In this document: positions 21,875 through 42,227 of the stretch, in pieces
Layout: every line of letters begins with the position of its first letter
Position numbering within the stretch: the stretch's first letter is position 1
NCBI GenBank assembly: GCA_012295275.1
Contig: CM022667.1
Location: 5,704,001-5,768,000 of the forward strand
DNA: 64,000 nucleotides
Direction of reading: 5' to 3'
Source of the DNA: Chrysomallon squamiferum
Lineage: Eukaryota; Animalia; Mollusca
Program-made: the position numbers and the translations under genes
Notes under the pieces: model-generated
What the model was told of the DNA's origin: nothing
The model's input: the letters and a program-made list of their open reading frames with translations, nothing else
The model's database searches: none

Positions 21875-23680
21875 GACGTAGATGATATTTATGGAATTGT
21901 GGAAAAATCTAAGGTATAGATTCAAAATCTCAACGAAAGAACAACAGATTTTTATCTGTGGTAAGAAAAATGAATTAAATTACTTATCCATGTTAAGTAC
22001 TGGAAATACTAATAAAAATACTTTTCGCTTTTAACAGATTTTTCATGAAATAATAGTCCAATCTGTATCGAATACTCTCGATGTATATCTAATGTATATT
22101 GTATAGTTTTACAATATAAAACAACAAAAACAAATAAAAAATGGCTTTCTATTCTCCTTGCCCTGTCTAATTTCGTTAATGATTTTTAGAAAGTAAAAAT
22201 TAAAAGGATATTTCAGAACAGAATCATATAAGAAGGAACCTTCATTTAAAATGTGATTAATTTAAAACTTTAATAAACAACTATATTGGAGTGTTTATGA
22301 CTATTTATATAAAAAACGACTCTTCTCATTATGATAGTAACAGATTTGTATTCAAACTATTTGGCAACAAGCAAGATAGTCTGATCTCCTTGAAATACCC
22401 TCGATGTATACCCAATACTGGGTTCAAAGGAGCACACACTAGTCTTTGTGTATATTTATATTAAAAAATTAACCTTCCCGTCATTATGGTAAATTACAAC
22501 AAAAATTTTATAAATCTTGTGTATTAAAATAAATAAAGAAACAAAGTTCATATTTAATTCTTGTAAAACAAAAATCAGTAGGAATTATTTTATATTTCTT
22601 ACATTGTCAAGATTATTCTCATTTTAGGAAAGTCTAAAACTGAGAGCACGTACGTATCAAGGTAAGTTATGCAAGTTTAATAATAAAACAATAAAACAAA
22701 AATTGTGATTAATTTATCAACAATTTAAGCCTGATTTACTTCTGCATAAACAATATAATTTTGATATCTTAATATTATGGGTAATTTAAAAATAATTATA
22801 ATAATATATACACGCAAACACGCACAAATATAAACTTTTAAATAAACTAAAATTCAAGAATTCTCCACGTCTGATTGATTTTTTTTTTCTGTTCTTGTTG
22901 TTGCTATGTTCTGGTTCTTTTTGTTCTTGATGTTGTTTGTTTCAGACAGTTTAATACTGGAGTACAGGAATCTTCTCTCTATGATGATCTTCAACAAAAT
23001 CAAGGTCAGTATATAAATACAAAGTGTAACAGGTTAAAGAGTTTTTGTGATGCTGATCAGTTAAATGAGAAACACGCCTGTAATTTTTGTTTTCAAAATT
23101 TCTAAGAAATCATGTACAGAGATACAATGCTCTTTTTGGTCGTATTACAGTAATAATATCGTCTTTATTATCAGTAAAGGATGTGATCAGAATTCACGGT
23201 AAAATATAGCTTGAAAAGGTAAAAAATAAAGTTCCATTGATACATTTTAATAACAAAGAAAATAATCGGTGAAAGTGTACTGCTTGGTTATTACATGTTA
23301 ACAGTAACTGTGATAAGACGTAATTTATATAAAAGTAATGTAAGTATTATTTTATGTTTTGTCAATAATCTTATATAAAAACAACGAAAGCAACACAAAG
23401 TACTACTACTGCTGCCTATGTTGGTATTACTATTATTTTTATTTTTATCCTATTAGTAATACTGTGAGAACTACAGTTCCAGTTTACTGTGTAACTGTGT
23501 AATCAAGACTATTTTTCAGATACTGACAGAAACACGGATACTACAAACAATTACTCATCACTGGAAGCTAGAAAAGACTCACCATACTCTGTACTCACTG
23601 TCTATGAAAACTCACAAGTCACAGGCTCAACTCAGATGTTTTTGATTGTGTCTTGTATTTCATATTTGCTTATTCAATGA
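21875..23680 (+). pseudogene. Orphan receptor tail: DVDDIYGIV exon fused to an FN3-exon end, then three intact cytoplasmic exons with SLYDDL and an ITAM; no TM exon
   Basis: 21912-21960 reads RYRFKISTKEQQIFIC then gtaag, homologous to the end of the gene A FN3 exon. Exons 22628-22661 (34 nt), 22946-23004 (59 nt) and 23520-23680 match gene A exon phases (and sizes for the two internal exons) and stay in frame. Confidence 0.7.
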
Positions 23681-25271
23681 ACCTGAACTGATGTCTGACA
23701 TTTGATGATATCTTCAAATTATAATTAAGTAACATCCATACAAATAACCTGAATTTCGTGTGCATTTGAGTGAGAGAGAGAGAGATAGAGAGATATAGAT
23801 GATAGATATCTATTTATTATATTTGGAATTAAACAATGTATACACACTTATGAACTCTAGTACAGTATTACATGAACAGACTTCAGTGTGTGAAAAAAAT
23901 ATATATATAATAAATAAATAAAAAATAAAATAAAGAAACAAAGATAAATGAATGAATGAAAATTGTGCTACTTCATGATTTTTTGTATCCCCTTATACGT
24001 AAAATCAAACAATAAAGAGCAAGTAAGTGGATGATTTCATGAACAGTCTTCAATACTTTAATTTTAATTAAGTCTAAATAGTAATATATATTTAAAAATA
24101 TGAATATAATGTCGCCTTTTTGTCAGTATTTGAATTGCATACAGATACGGTTTATGCATAAGTATTAGAAAACCTGAAATTCCCAGCTGTTGTAAATTAG
24201 AAAAGTGTATGATAGCATGTTTTTCAAAATGACAAACAGTTTAGATCGGGACCATGTTGCATTATTCTGCACATAATAAATTATTGTATTATGTGTTGCT
24301 ATACTGATTACTTTACTGTTTGCTCGAGATTATATTTATTCATGCTGCTCCATTTTATATGAGCACTTTTTTAATTCATTATGGATCTTGTAATATATAC
24401 ATATCAACTTCGTTGATTCTTTGATTCATCACAGAAATCTAGCTGACATAAAAGTTGACTAAAACTAATCCTCACTTTCAGAATGTCTCTTTTTTTTTTT
24501 TCTTTTTTCTTTTGTGTGTGTGTGTTTGGTAGTCTGCTATAATTAGTGAATATTTTCCTACTAAACTTTTTCTTCTTCCTACTAACTTCACCGGTGTAAA
24601 GTACATCAAAGTAATTAATTCTTCATAGCGCTTGCAATCTTAGCACAAAAATGTTATAGTAACTAGATTAACACAGAAAATGTAGATTGAATTTATAAAA
24701 CCAAAAGCAAAACCAGAACAAGATCAATAACCAGTGAGACCTAATTCTGTCATATCATATATCATGTTTACTAGGCCACCTGCTTAATTTTCAACAAATT
24801 TGAACATTTTTTGACAGAATTATCTCAAGAAAACTATTTGAGAGAAACCAGGCTGAATGGAAACACTTTAACTGGGATATTTATAAACAATATTTAGCAA
24901 ATAAATAGCAAGGTATAAGAAAACATTTGTCTAATTCTGTATCTGGTAGTTCTTTCTTGTTTATCTCATGTTTAGCAAATAAAGATTTCATGTTTTCTTT
25001 GTGTTGTTTTTGTTATAACAAAGGGATACTCATATCTTACAATTATTATTATAATACAGGTTGTTTTAAAATAAATAAATATAATTAAAATGTTACATAT
25101 TCTGTTAATGTCGACCTGTAAACTCATTAACTCAAATTTAAAGTGGTTTCTAAAATTCACTGCTTAGTAATTCTAATTAACAGTACCTGTTTTTATATCT
25201 ATCTGTCTTGTTTGAGTGAAAATGTGTTTACACTGTTCTTTAAATTTAAGAATAATGCAATAAGTTGTACT

Positions 25272-25444
25272 TTAAAACAAATATATTAATGAAAAAACAA
25301 ATTTTGAGTTCAATAAACACAAGTCAGTCTGAATGTACACTGTTGGTTCTTCTTTATTGTAGATGGGCTGTGACATTTTCTCATTTGTAAACTCAACTTC
25401 AGTGTAAACCAGCTGACGTTCATTTCTTCTTTTAGCTGTTGCTG
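25272..25444 (-). CDS. Terminal cytoplasmic exon with ITIM (LVYTEV) and ITSM-like (TVYIQT) motifs; parent gene not found
   Basis: ttttacag acceptor, then ATAKRRNERQLVYTEVEFTNEKMSQPIYNKEEPTVYIQTDLCLL...*. Confidence 0.6.
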
Positions 25445-25558
25445 CTGTAAAACATAAAAATAACACAAAATAAGATTTTATCACTTTAATATTTTTTTTT
25501 TTATTTTTTTTTTTTTTTTTTTGGTGATTATAAACACTATGAAAATAACAATTATATA

Positions 25559-27009
25559 TACTCTCCCAAAAAAGAAACGCAAAATGGTTGCTTTCTTAGA
25601 TACCTATTTTAAACTGATACATATCGATGTACAAACTATTAATATAATGACATTTGGTGATTCAAACATATAGCTTTGTTACAGTCGCCAAAAAGCAGGT
25701 AACACAAAATAAAGGCTATGATCGTGTTTATTAGCCAAAATGTCCCTGCATACAAACCACGTTACCAGTGCACGTGCACGTACGGCACATGAAACTTGAA
25801 TTCCAGGATTATAAAAATGCAAGGTTTTCGAATACTTCTGTTGGTTACTTGTGTTCTGACTCAACATCAAACAAATGCCACGACTGAGTGAACCGCAACG
25901 AAACAACGCCATCGGCATTTTACAAGCTGGCGAATCCTCGGCCGTAGCCCGGGTGTTCCATGTATCCCCAAGTGGTATCGGTTCCAGCAACACCAAACAA
26001 CACGTGACCGTCCCAGATCAGGTAGACCACGTGTAACGACCAGGGCCCACGACCGCTACATACGGGTACTTCATGTACGGCAAAGAACCACCACGGCAAC
26101 CTCTACTGCTTCAGCAATACCAGATCTGCGTAGAGTATCGGCTCAGACAGTGCGTAATCGTTTACGCGAGGCAGGTATTCGAGTAAGAAGAGTGATTTTG
26201 ACTCAACAACATCGTCGACTACGACGTCACTGGTGTCTAGTGCACAGAGTCTGGCCTCAGTTACGATGGAGAACTGTCTGGTTTAGTGACGAAGCTCGAT
26301 TTCTACTTCGTCGAGCTGATGGAAGATGTCGAGTTTACAGACGTCATGGTGAACGTTTTGCTGCAAACTGCATACAGGAAGTGGACAGATTTGGCGGTGG
26401 TAGTGTGATGGTGTGGGCAGCAACCTCATACACTGGCAGGACCAACCTGGTTCACATCCAAGGCAACTTAACGGCACAGAAATACTAAGATGAAATTTTG
26501 CAGCCACATGTCGCTCCAATTATGAATAATAGTAATGCTGTATTCCAGCACGACAATGCGAGACCACATACAGCCAAACTCACAACAGCGTACCTACACA
26601 ACAATAACATTCAGGTCCTGCCCTGGCCCTCTAAATCTCCGGATTTGAACCCTATAGAGCATTTATGGGATGAGCTGGATAGACGACTGTGGCAGATTCA
26701 ACCACAGCCACAGAATCGTGCTCAGTTGGCATTATTACTACAGACAGAGTGGGCCACCATTCGTAATGTTATTACTGCCATTGGAAGGAGACGTCAGGCA
26801 GTTCTGGACTCCCATGGTGGGCACACAACGTGTTGATATTATACTGTTATATCCTTGAACTTTAACCTTTTCAATGTAATACCATCAATATTAATGAATT
26901 GCGAAAGTGTGTGTAAAATGTGAACATTCTGCTGCTTTCTGTTGATTCATTAGATGGATATTCCCAATGTCAATAATATCTACTTTTACGTTTCTTTTTT
27001 GTTAGAGTA
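25559..27009 (+). mobile_element. Tc1-family DNA transposon (DD34E), inactive
   Basis: ~26-bp imperfect TIRs (tactctcccaaaaaagaaacgcaaaa / ttttacgtttcttttttgttagagta) flanked by TA. Transposase runs from ATG 25875 with WFSDE, FQHDNARPH and WPSKSPDLNPIEHLW, 34 residues between D and E. Frameshifts and a stop at 26486. Confidence 0.95.
25875..26836 (+). pseudogene. Tc1 transposase, disrupted
   Basis: MPRLSEPQRNNAIGILQAG HTH start; ORFs 26150-26488 and 26498-26836 are in the same frame, split by TAA. Confidence 0.92.
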
Positions 27010-27154
27010 TATATAGAGTATATAAATCTGAAAATGTAACAATAGGATAGGTACAAATTATATTTGGATACCATTACAATGGATGAAATACATAAAATCT
27101 TTCACTGATAATATAACTTGCTTTAAAAATATAAAACAAACAAAATGTACAAAC

Positions 27155-27240
27155 CTCATTGCTTCTTTTAGTCTTGTTTGACGTTTCATCTTTAACAAAT
27201 GTAGTGTTGTCTTTACCATAGATGTGCTTATCTTCAGATT
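27155..27240 (-). pseudogene. Cytoplasmic-tail exon (SEDKHIYGKDNTTFVKDETSNKTKRSNE), orphan
   Basis: aaaag acceptor and gtttgt donor, open frame. Homologous to 59345-59433 and 9895-9982. Confidence 0.55.
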
Positions 27241-27702
27241 CTTTTTAAAAATAATTATATTTGATTTACCAAATAATTTCAACAAGTAGTTCTTTAAATG
27301 TAAAAAAATAACAATAAACACATTTTCAATATTATAATTAAAACTTGACATAAATTTTGACATAGCAAAATCATTCCCCATTGACATAAATATACAGTAT
27401 GAAAAACTGCTTGTTTCCATTTGTTCAAACAGAAAATTCGCATTCAATACAGATACTAAAATAAGCCAACAAAATAATGCTTGTAGCATACACAAAATTA
27501 CTCTTGTCAGTAAGCAGAATTAATTTTGATTTTAATTTCTTACTTCTTTTTTCTGCCTTGTTTTTTTAGACATGATTTTTATATATCTTGTGATATACAA
27601 TATTTCTTTAGAAATTATTTCACATTTACTGTGATGTCAAAGACGTTTTCTTAAAATAAAAGTTCTGAATAAAATTTTAAACATACCATATATGTGTGTG
27701 TG

Positions 27703-36516
<8,814 letters not shown>

Positions 36517-37218
36517 TTTTTTCTTTTTTCTCTCCCTCTCCATTCAAAACATGAATGAGGCTTGTTTGGGCGAACATACAGACACGAACTGGTTTAGGTT
36601 TACAACCGCAGATACAAACAACGTATTTCTTGTTAGTTTATTTACCATCAAATAACAGAGCATTACTCAGACAATAACAACAGTTAATTGAAAATACTGA
36701 ATTAATTATTAATGTTTGGAAATATATGTACTCAGTACTGTATTTTAAAAACAATGTGTTCAATGTTTGGTTTCTTCATTTAAAAGTCTCGCAAACCAGT
36801 TTACAAAATAATATAAATAATCTGAATCAGATTATCCATACCACCAAAACTAGATTGAAGTACAACAAATTACTTTGTTGATGGTGTCTTCGGTAATCTA
36901 CTTCCTGGATTTATTGTGACTTCATGAAGAGAATATGTGAGTTCATTTTTCATTTATCTTACTTTTTAAAAATTAGTTCATTTTATTATCCACATTATAT
37001 TGCTTTTGTAATAGTTGCCGTTGTTTAATACCAAACAAAATTTATTTATAACTTCAAAAAATAATAAAATAATACAATTACAAAAGAACAAAGTCATACT
37101 GTTAGTAATACGGAACTTACAATAACATAAATGGTACACATTTTCTAAAGTTTTTCACTTACATTGTGCAGGAAAAAAAAAAAAAAAAAAAAAAAAAGAG
37201 AGAGAGAGAGTATATATA

Positions 37219-37427
37219 CAGGGTGTCCACAAAGTCTGGGCACATGGGAAATTTTACTATGTTATTTATTTATGTTATTTTTCTTAGACAGATCGAATGA
37301 TGGCTATGTCTAAAGAAGAAAGAATCGAGTTGGTACTCTTATTTATTAACATTAGAATTAACTAAAACTATTTTATTTTAAAAGTATGTGTTAATCCCTT
37401 ATGTACCCAGACTTTGTGGACACCCTG
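37219..37427. mobile_element. 209-bp MITE, Tc1/mariner-superfamily deletion derivative
   Basis: TIR cagggtgtccacaaagtctggg(c/t)acat at both ends with TA on each side. The interior contains MAMSKEERIELVLL, which resembles a transposase N-terminus. Confidence 0.88.
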
Positions 37428-37462
<35 letters not shown>

Positions 37463-37485
37463 TATTATTATTATTATTATTATTA

Positions 37486-37525
<40 letters not shown>

Positions 37526-37701
37526 TATTATATAACTCTATCCCCAAAATCATTAAAAAGAATTACAAATGTAAAGTAGCATAAATAACAATTTTGCGTT
37601 AATGACATTGATATATATTACTGACAGTGTGTAAGTATCAGAAATTCCTGGAACAAAAGGATAAATTTATAAGTTCATTTGAAATAAATATCCAGTCTTC
37701 C

Positions 37702-37732
<31 letters not shown>

Positions 37733-40700
37733 ATAATAATAATAATGATAATAATAATAATGATAATAATAATAATACTAATAATAATAATTATTATTAT
37801 TATTATTATTTTTATTTACTTATTTTATTTGTTTATTTATTTGCTTGTAAAATTATGGTAAATTACAAGAAACAAACTGAGCTAGGCACGTAGAATTTAA
37901 AGGGGACCACTTACCTCATTTGTTAGAATCTTGTAATTTATATGGCATAGTAAGTAAATATTGATTAACATTATTAGTAATCGTTATTTCCCCTTAAATG
38001 AAACTGTCATTCTTGAACTATTTTAACCATACTACTGGTGAAAAAATTAATTTATATATGTCGAATTACATGCTAATTTTTGTGTTCGATATTACAGTAT
38101 AAAGAGAAATCATTGTGAAATAATTGATACATGTTAGTGAATGTGATGGACATAACATCATTTGGAGACTAAACATATTTGAGTCAGTTACACCTATAAA
38201 TTCTTCACTTTTATATCTCCTTTTGTAAATGCCAAGTATCATTTCATTAGATCACTATTTTATTTTGCGATGATATGCAGAGAAAATAAACACTATGTAG
38301 TATATAAAGCATAAAGTTTAATCAATAATGGATCTGTCACAGAAATTTCATCAGAGACACATGCAACAGACATTACGCCAGTTAACCTAGAGTTATTGTA
38401 CAAGACAGAAATACTGACATGAAACACAGTGATTAACCTTTTTCACATAAATAAATAATAACCATATATTATACTGATAGAATATCTTCTACATTGTATA
38501 ATGAATATACTTAATGTTAACATCTTTATAAAGACAAATGTAGAAAAATCATAGTGTTTATTTTTAAGGAAAATTAAAATTTCATGGCATGGGTTTAATG
38601 CTTAAAAACTGGTTTGTGACGTCACATGGAATGAACATGATTAATGTTTCAAACAGTTTTTGTAGTTTTTAAATTTTTTGGTACCATTTGCACACAGCAT
38701 TTTTGACAAATCTTATTTTAAAGGGCCTGTTCCGAAGCGTGGTTTTCTCTGACAAAACTTGTTTTATAATATGTCATCCTAAGTGTTGCAAATATGCATT
38801 CTGACTTTTTACATACCTCTGCAAATCAAATTTACATTGAAGTGAAACCAAGTTTTGTAAAATCATTTGTTTGCACTGGATAAAAAACCAAAAATTTTGT
38901 AAATTCATAACTTCCCTTCTACTTTTATTACAAACATACTTTTTATATAAAATTAATCAGAGTGAAAAGATCAAGATAATCAAGTATATTTAGAAGGGAT
39001 AATTTAAATAATCTTAAATGTTTATTTTTAGTGTTTTTTTCCTCTTTTTTTCTCATAAAGCTAATGTTTTTATTCAGTCCTAGAGTAGACTGTAATAAAA
39101 AGATGACAGTTTAAGTACCCTTTCCTCCTGAAAGTAAAAAATGATTAAGAATACATGGAAGAAAAGTGAATGGATAATGAATTGCAGTGTAATAGTACTT
39201 ACAGAAGTTACATACAGTGTTTGGTGATGTGAATTTCACCTGGATAAGATTTAGGAAGTGATTTTGCAAAAGATGTTTTGGTTAGCCTGTTTTAATATGG
39301 GAGTATGGAAATTTGTACAGTGACCTACCTTGTTTATTATGTATGTAGGCGTACTATGAAATATGTTTCAAACATAACAAGTGTAATTTTTCCCACTAAC
39401 ACTAATTAGACACACTTACTCCATCATCAGTTCCAGTATTATTTCTAAGCATTGCTGCAAACACAGGAAAATACTACTGAATATAAATAAAACAAATAGA
39501 AAAAACAACAAAATATGTGTTTCAGTAACGGTTGATAAACTGAACCAGGGTGAAGGCATAGTAGAAGTAAACCCTTTCTCAACAGCTCCGATATTATTTC
39601 AACCCACATTTAATCACTTAAATTATAATCTTCTGAAAATAATGGTCATTTTTTGCTCACAAACAAAACTTTCATACAGAATTCACGAGGTTCTGACTGC
39701 AGAGAATCAGCTTGATGAGTCATTTTCTGACTTGCGAATGAACATGATTCAATTGTCATGAATTAAAGTGTCATTTGGCTCTCTCAGGTAGGGCAGGTAG
39801 TCATATAGTTGTTTTAAGCCACAATTTGCTTTCATTTCAAAAGATGAAATATTGCTCTTTCTGGTTGTATGTTTTTGAAAGGGGCCTGTTGCTTGGAAAC
39901 AGTTAAGAAACTTTACATGTTTTTTGTCACAATTTCCTACCACCATTGAATAAACAAATGAAGCAAAGGTACTGAACTTTTGTTTTGTAGAGTATGTTTG
40001 TAAGTAGAAAACTAGTAGAGGTTAACACAGTAAAGATGAAAGGTAATGTACGAATGATGTTGGTGATATATGAATGTAGATTCACAATGAGAACACAGTA
40101 TTTCTGATTGATATTAAATGTTCTTTTTTTTTTTCTTTTTTTTCCATCAATGCAAAGTACCTTTTGTGCAATAAACTCAAAGATAAAACTTCAGATAACC
40201 CTTTCATGCAGTTTTTATTCAGATAGTATCTCAAATAGAGAACAAATCAAGTGTTGAAAAATGTGTAAAATTAGTATCATAGTATGGCAGACCAAAAATG
40301 CAATAATTTAAGTATTATCAGGAAGTGACAAGATCTCCTTGAAGGGATTGTGTAATTCCTACTGAGGACATCACAAGTAATGATTACTACTTCGTAAGAT
40401 TCACTGAAATCAAAATTAAATCTCACTAAAAATGTATTAAACACACTGCATGTATCACACAGTGAGGAAAAGAGAATCTACTGTGAGATCAGTTCTCACT
40501 GGCTTAATCAAATTAGGTAAATTAATCATTGATAATGAAGGTTCAGATCATGTTTTAGATACTGATAAATTATATGTGCACTTGATATTTAGAGTAAGTA
40601 AATCTAAGTCCATGTATTATTTAAGAATTTAAATGAAATCTGTTTTTGGTGTAGGTCTATAAAGGCCAAGCTGCAAGATTAGAATCCTTTGACTCATTTA

Positions 40701-42005
40701 CCTTTCTTACATGGAGATATTAGCATTCATTCAGTGACACATACATGTCATAAACTGAGTCACCAGTGGAAGCTTTGATACAAACTTGGTGGAAACCCAA
40801 AATATTAAACTGCTTACATTATGTTGCAGGATAAACAAAAAAACAATAAAATAAAATAAATATATATTTGTGCATTTTATATGTGTGTGTTACAGTCAGT
40901 CTGTGAAATCAGTTATTATGCATATTGCCTAAATAGATCAGTTATTTCAGATGGTTCCTGTGGCTACCAAGCAATGTACAAAATAACTGAACATTCCAGG
41001 AACTTCATGAAATGACTAAAATTGATGGCCAGCCATTACCCATAATTACTAAAGTGGTTCAAGTGTTATTGTTGACACTTGTACTGACAACCACATTTTA
41101 AGAACAAACATGGATTAGTATGTTGATTATACATTTTAAAATACTGCTTAATATGAATTATATATTATATAGTAACTTAATATTAAATTTTTGCTATGGT
41201 TTCAGATAAAGAATTTTACCAAAAGTATAGTAGAAAATACATGAATATTACTGAAAAGAAAAGGTTCTGGTAATTAATGTTTTTCTGGGTTATTCTTAAA
41301 TAAAAAACCACATAATCTGCTATATTGTTGATGTCTTGTTTTATAAGAGCTTCTTTTCCTCCCTGATTAGTTTATTCTCAAACCTAGTCATGCTTCTGTT
41401 TATACTGTCAAATGGATTAACACAATACTTCAATGGCTTCTGCTAATCTCATAGTACAAACCTGTTATTATTGCACCAAATGACTTCCATATCTATAAAA
41501 CTTTTTCTGGGGTTTACTCGTAAGTTCTTTTGTGCAACTGGTTTGTGATGACAGAGTCCTATGAAGATTAATTTAAAATTGTCCCCAAAGATAGTAACAT
41601 TATACAAAATTGTTAATCATGAAACCAGCTGTGGCAGACAAGAATATGTCAAGTGTATCTGTGCTGGTCCTAGGAGATGCAAGTTCAATTGTTAAAAATG
41701 CTTCAAAAATAAAATTAACTATTATATATCAAGGTAACAAATGATTTGTTCTGACTGCATGGTTAATTACATGTACAATATCTGAAATGATTTGATTTAA
41801 TTTTAAATAAAGTGTTACATTAAGACTTAAATGGTATGGTATTATAGATAACATTATAATCATCTCCATTTGCAATGCTAAATGTGTTTTAAAGAATCAG
41901 ATATAATGTGAATATAATATTCCTTAAGTTACCTAGACATTTTTTACTTTGAATTTATAAAAAAATAAAAAAAATATTTTATTTTTATTTTTTATATAGA
42001 TTAAA

Positions 42006-42072
42006 ATGGCTCAGAACATCGGCAGTGAAATTGCTCTGCTCATCTCTCTTGCTGTTGGTAACTTGATTAAAG
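42006..42072 (+). CDS. Signal-peptide exon of gene D, copy 1
   Basis: tatag acceptor, attaaaATGG, MAQNIGSEIALLISLAVGNLIK-G, then gtaatg; 67 nt, phase 1. Confidence 0.6.
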
Positions 42073-42158
42073 GTAATGAAATAAATTTTATACATTTAGA
42101 AAGTTAAATGAATTATTTGTCAAATTCTTTTAGTCTTATTGTCTTTCAAAGGCAGAGA

Positions 42159-42227
<69 letters not shown>

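Noticed and set aside
27058-27495. 145-aa ORF
   Set aside because: Low-complexity AT-rich frame. The plausible exon inside it (27240-27155) is in a different frame.
39749-39946. ORF VVGNCDKKHVKFLNCFQATG.. and nearby VIITCDV (~40370) as Ig relics
   Set aside because: No coherent splice sites or F-strand motif; too weak to call.
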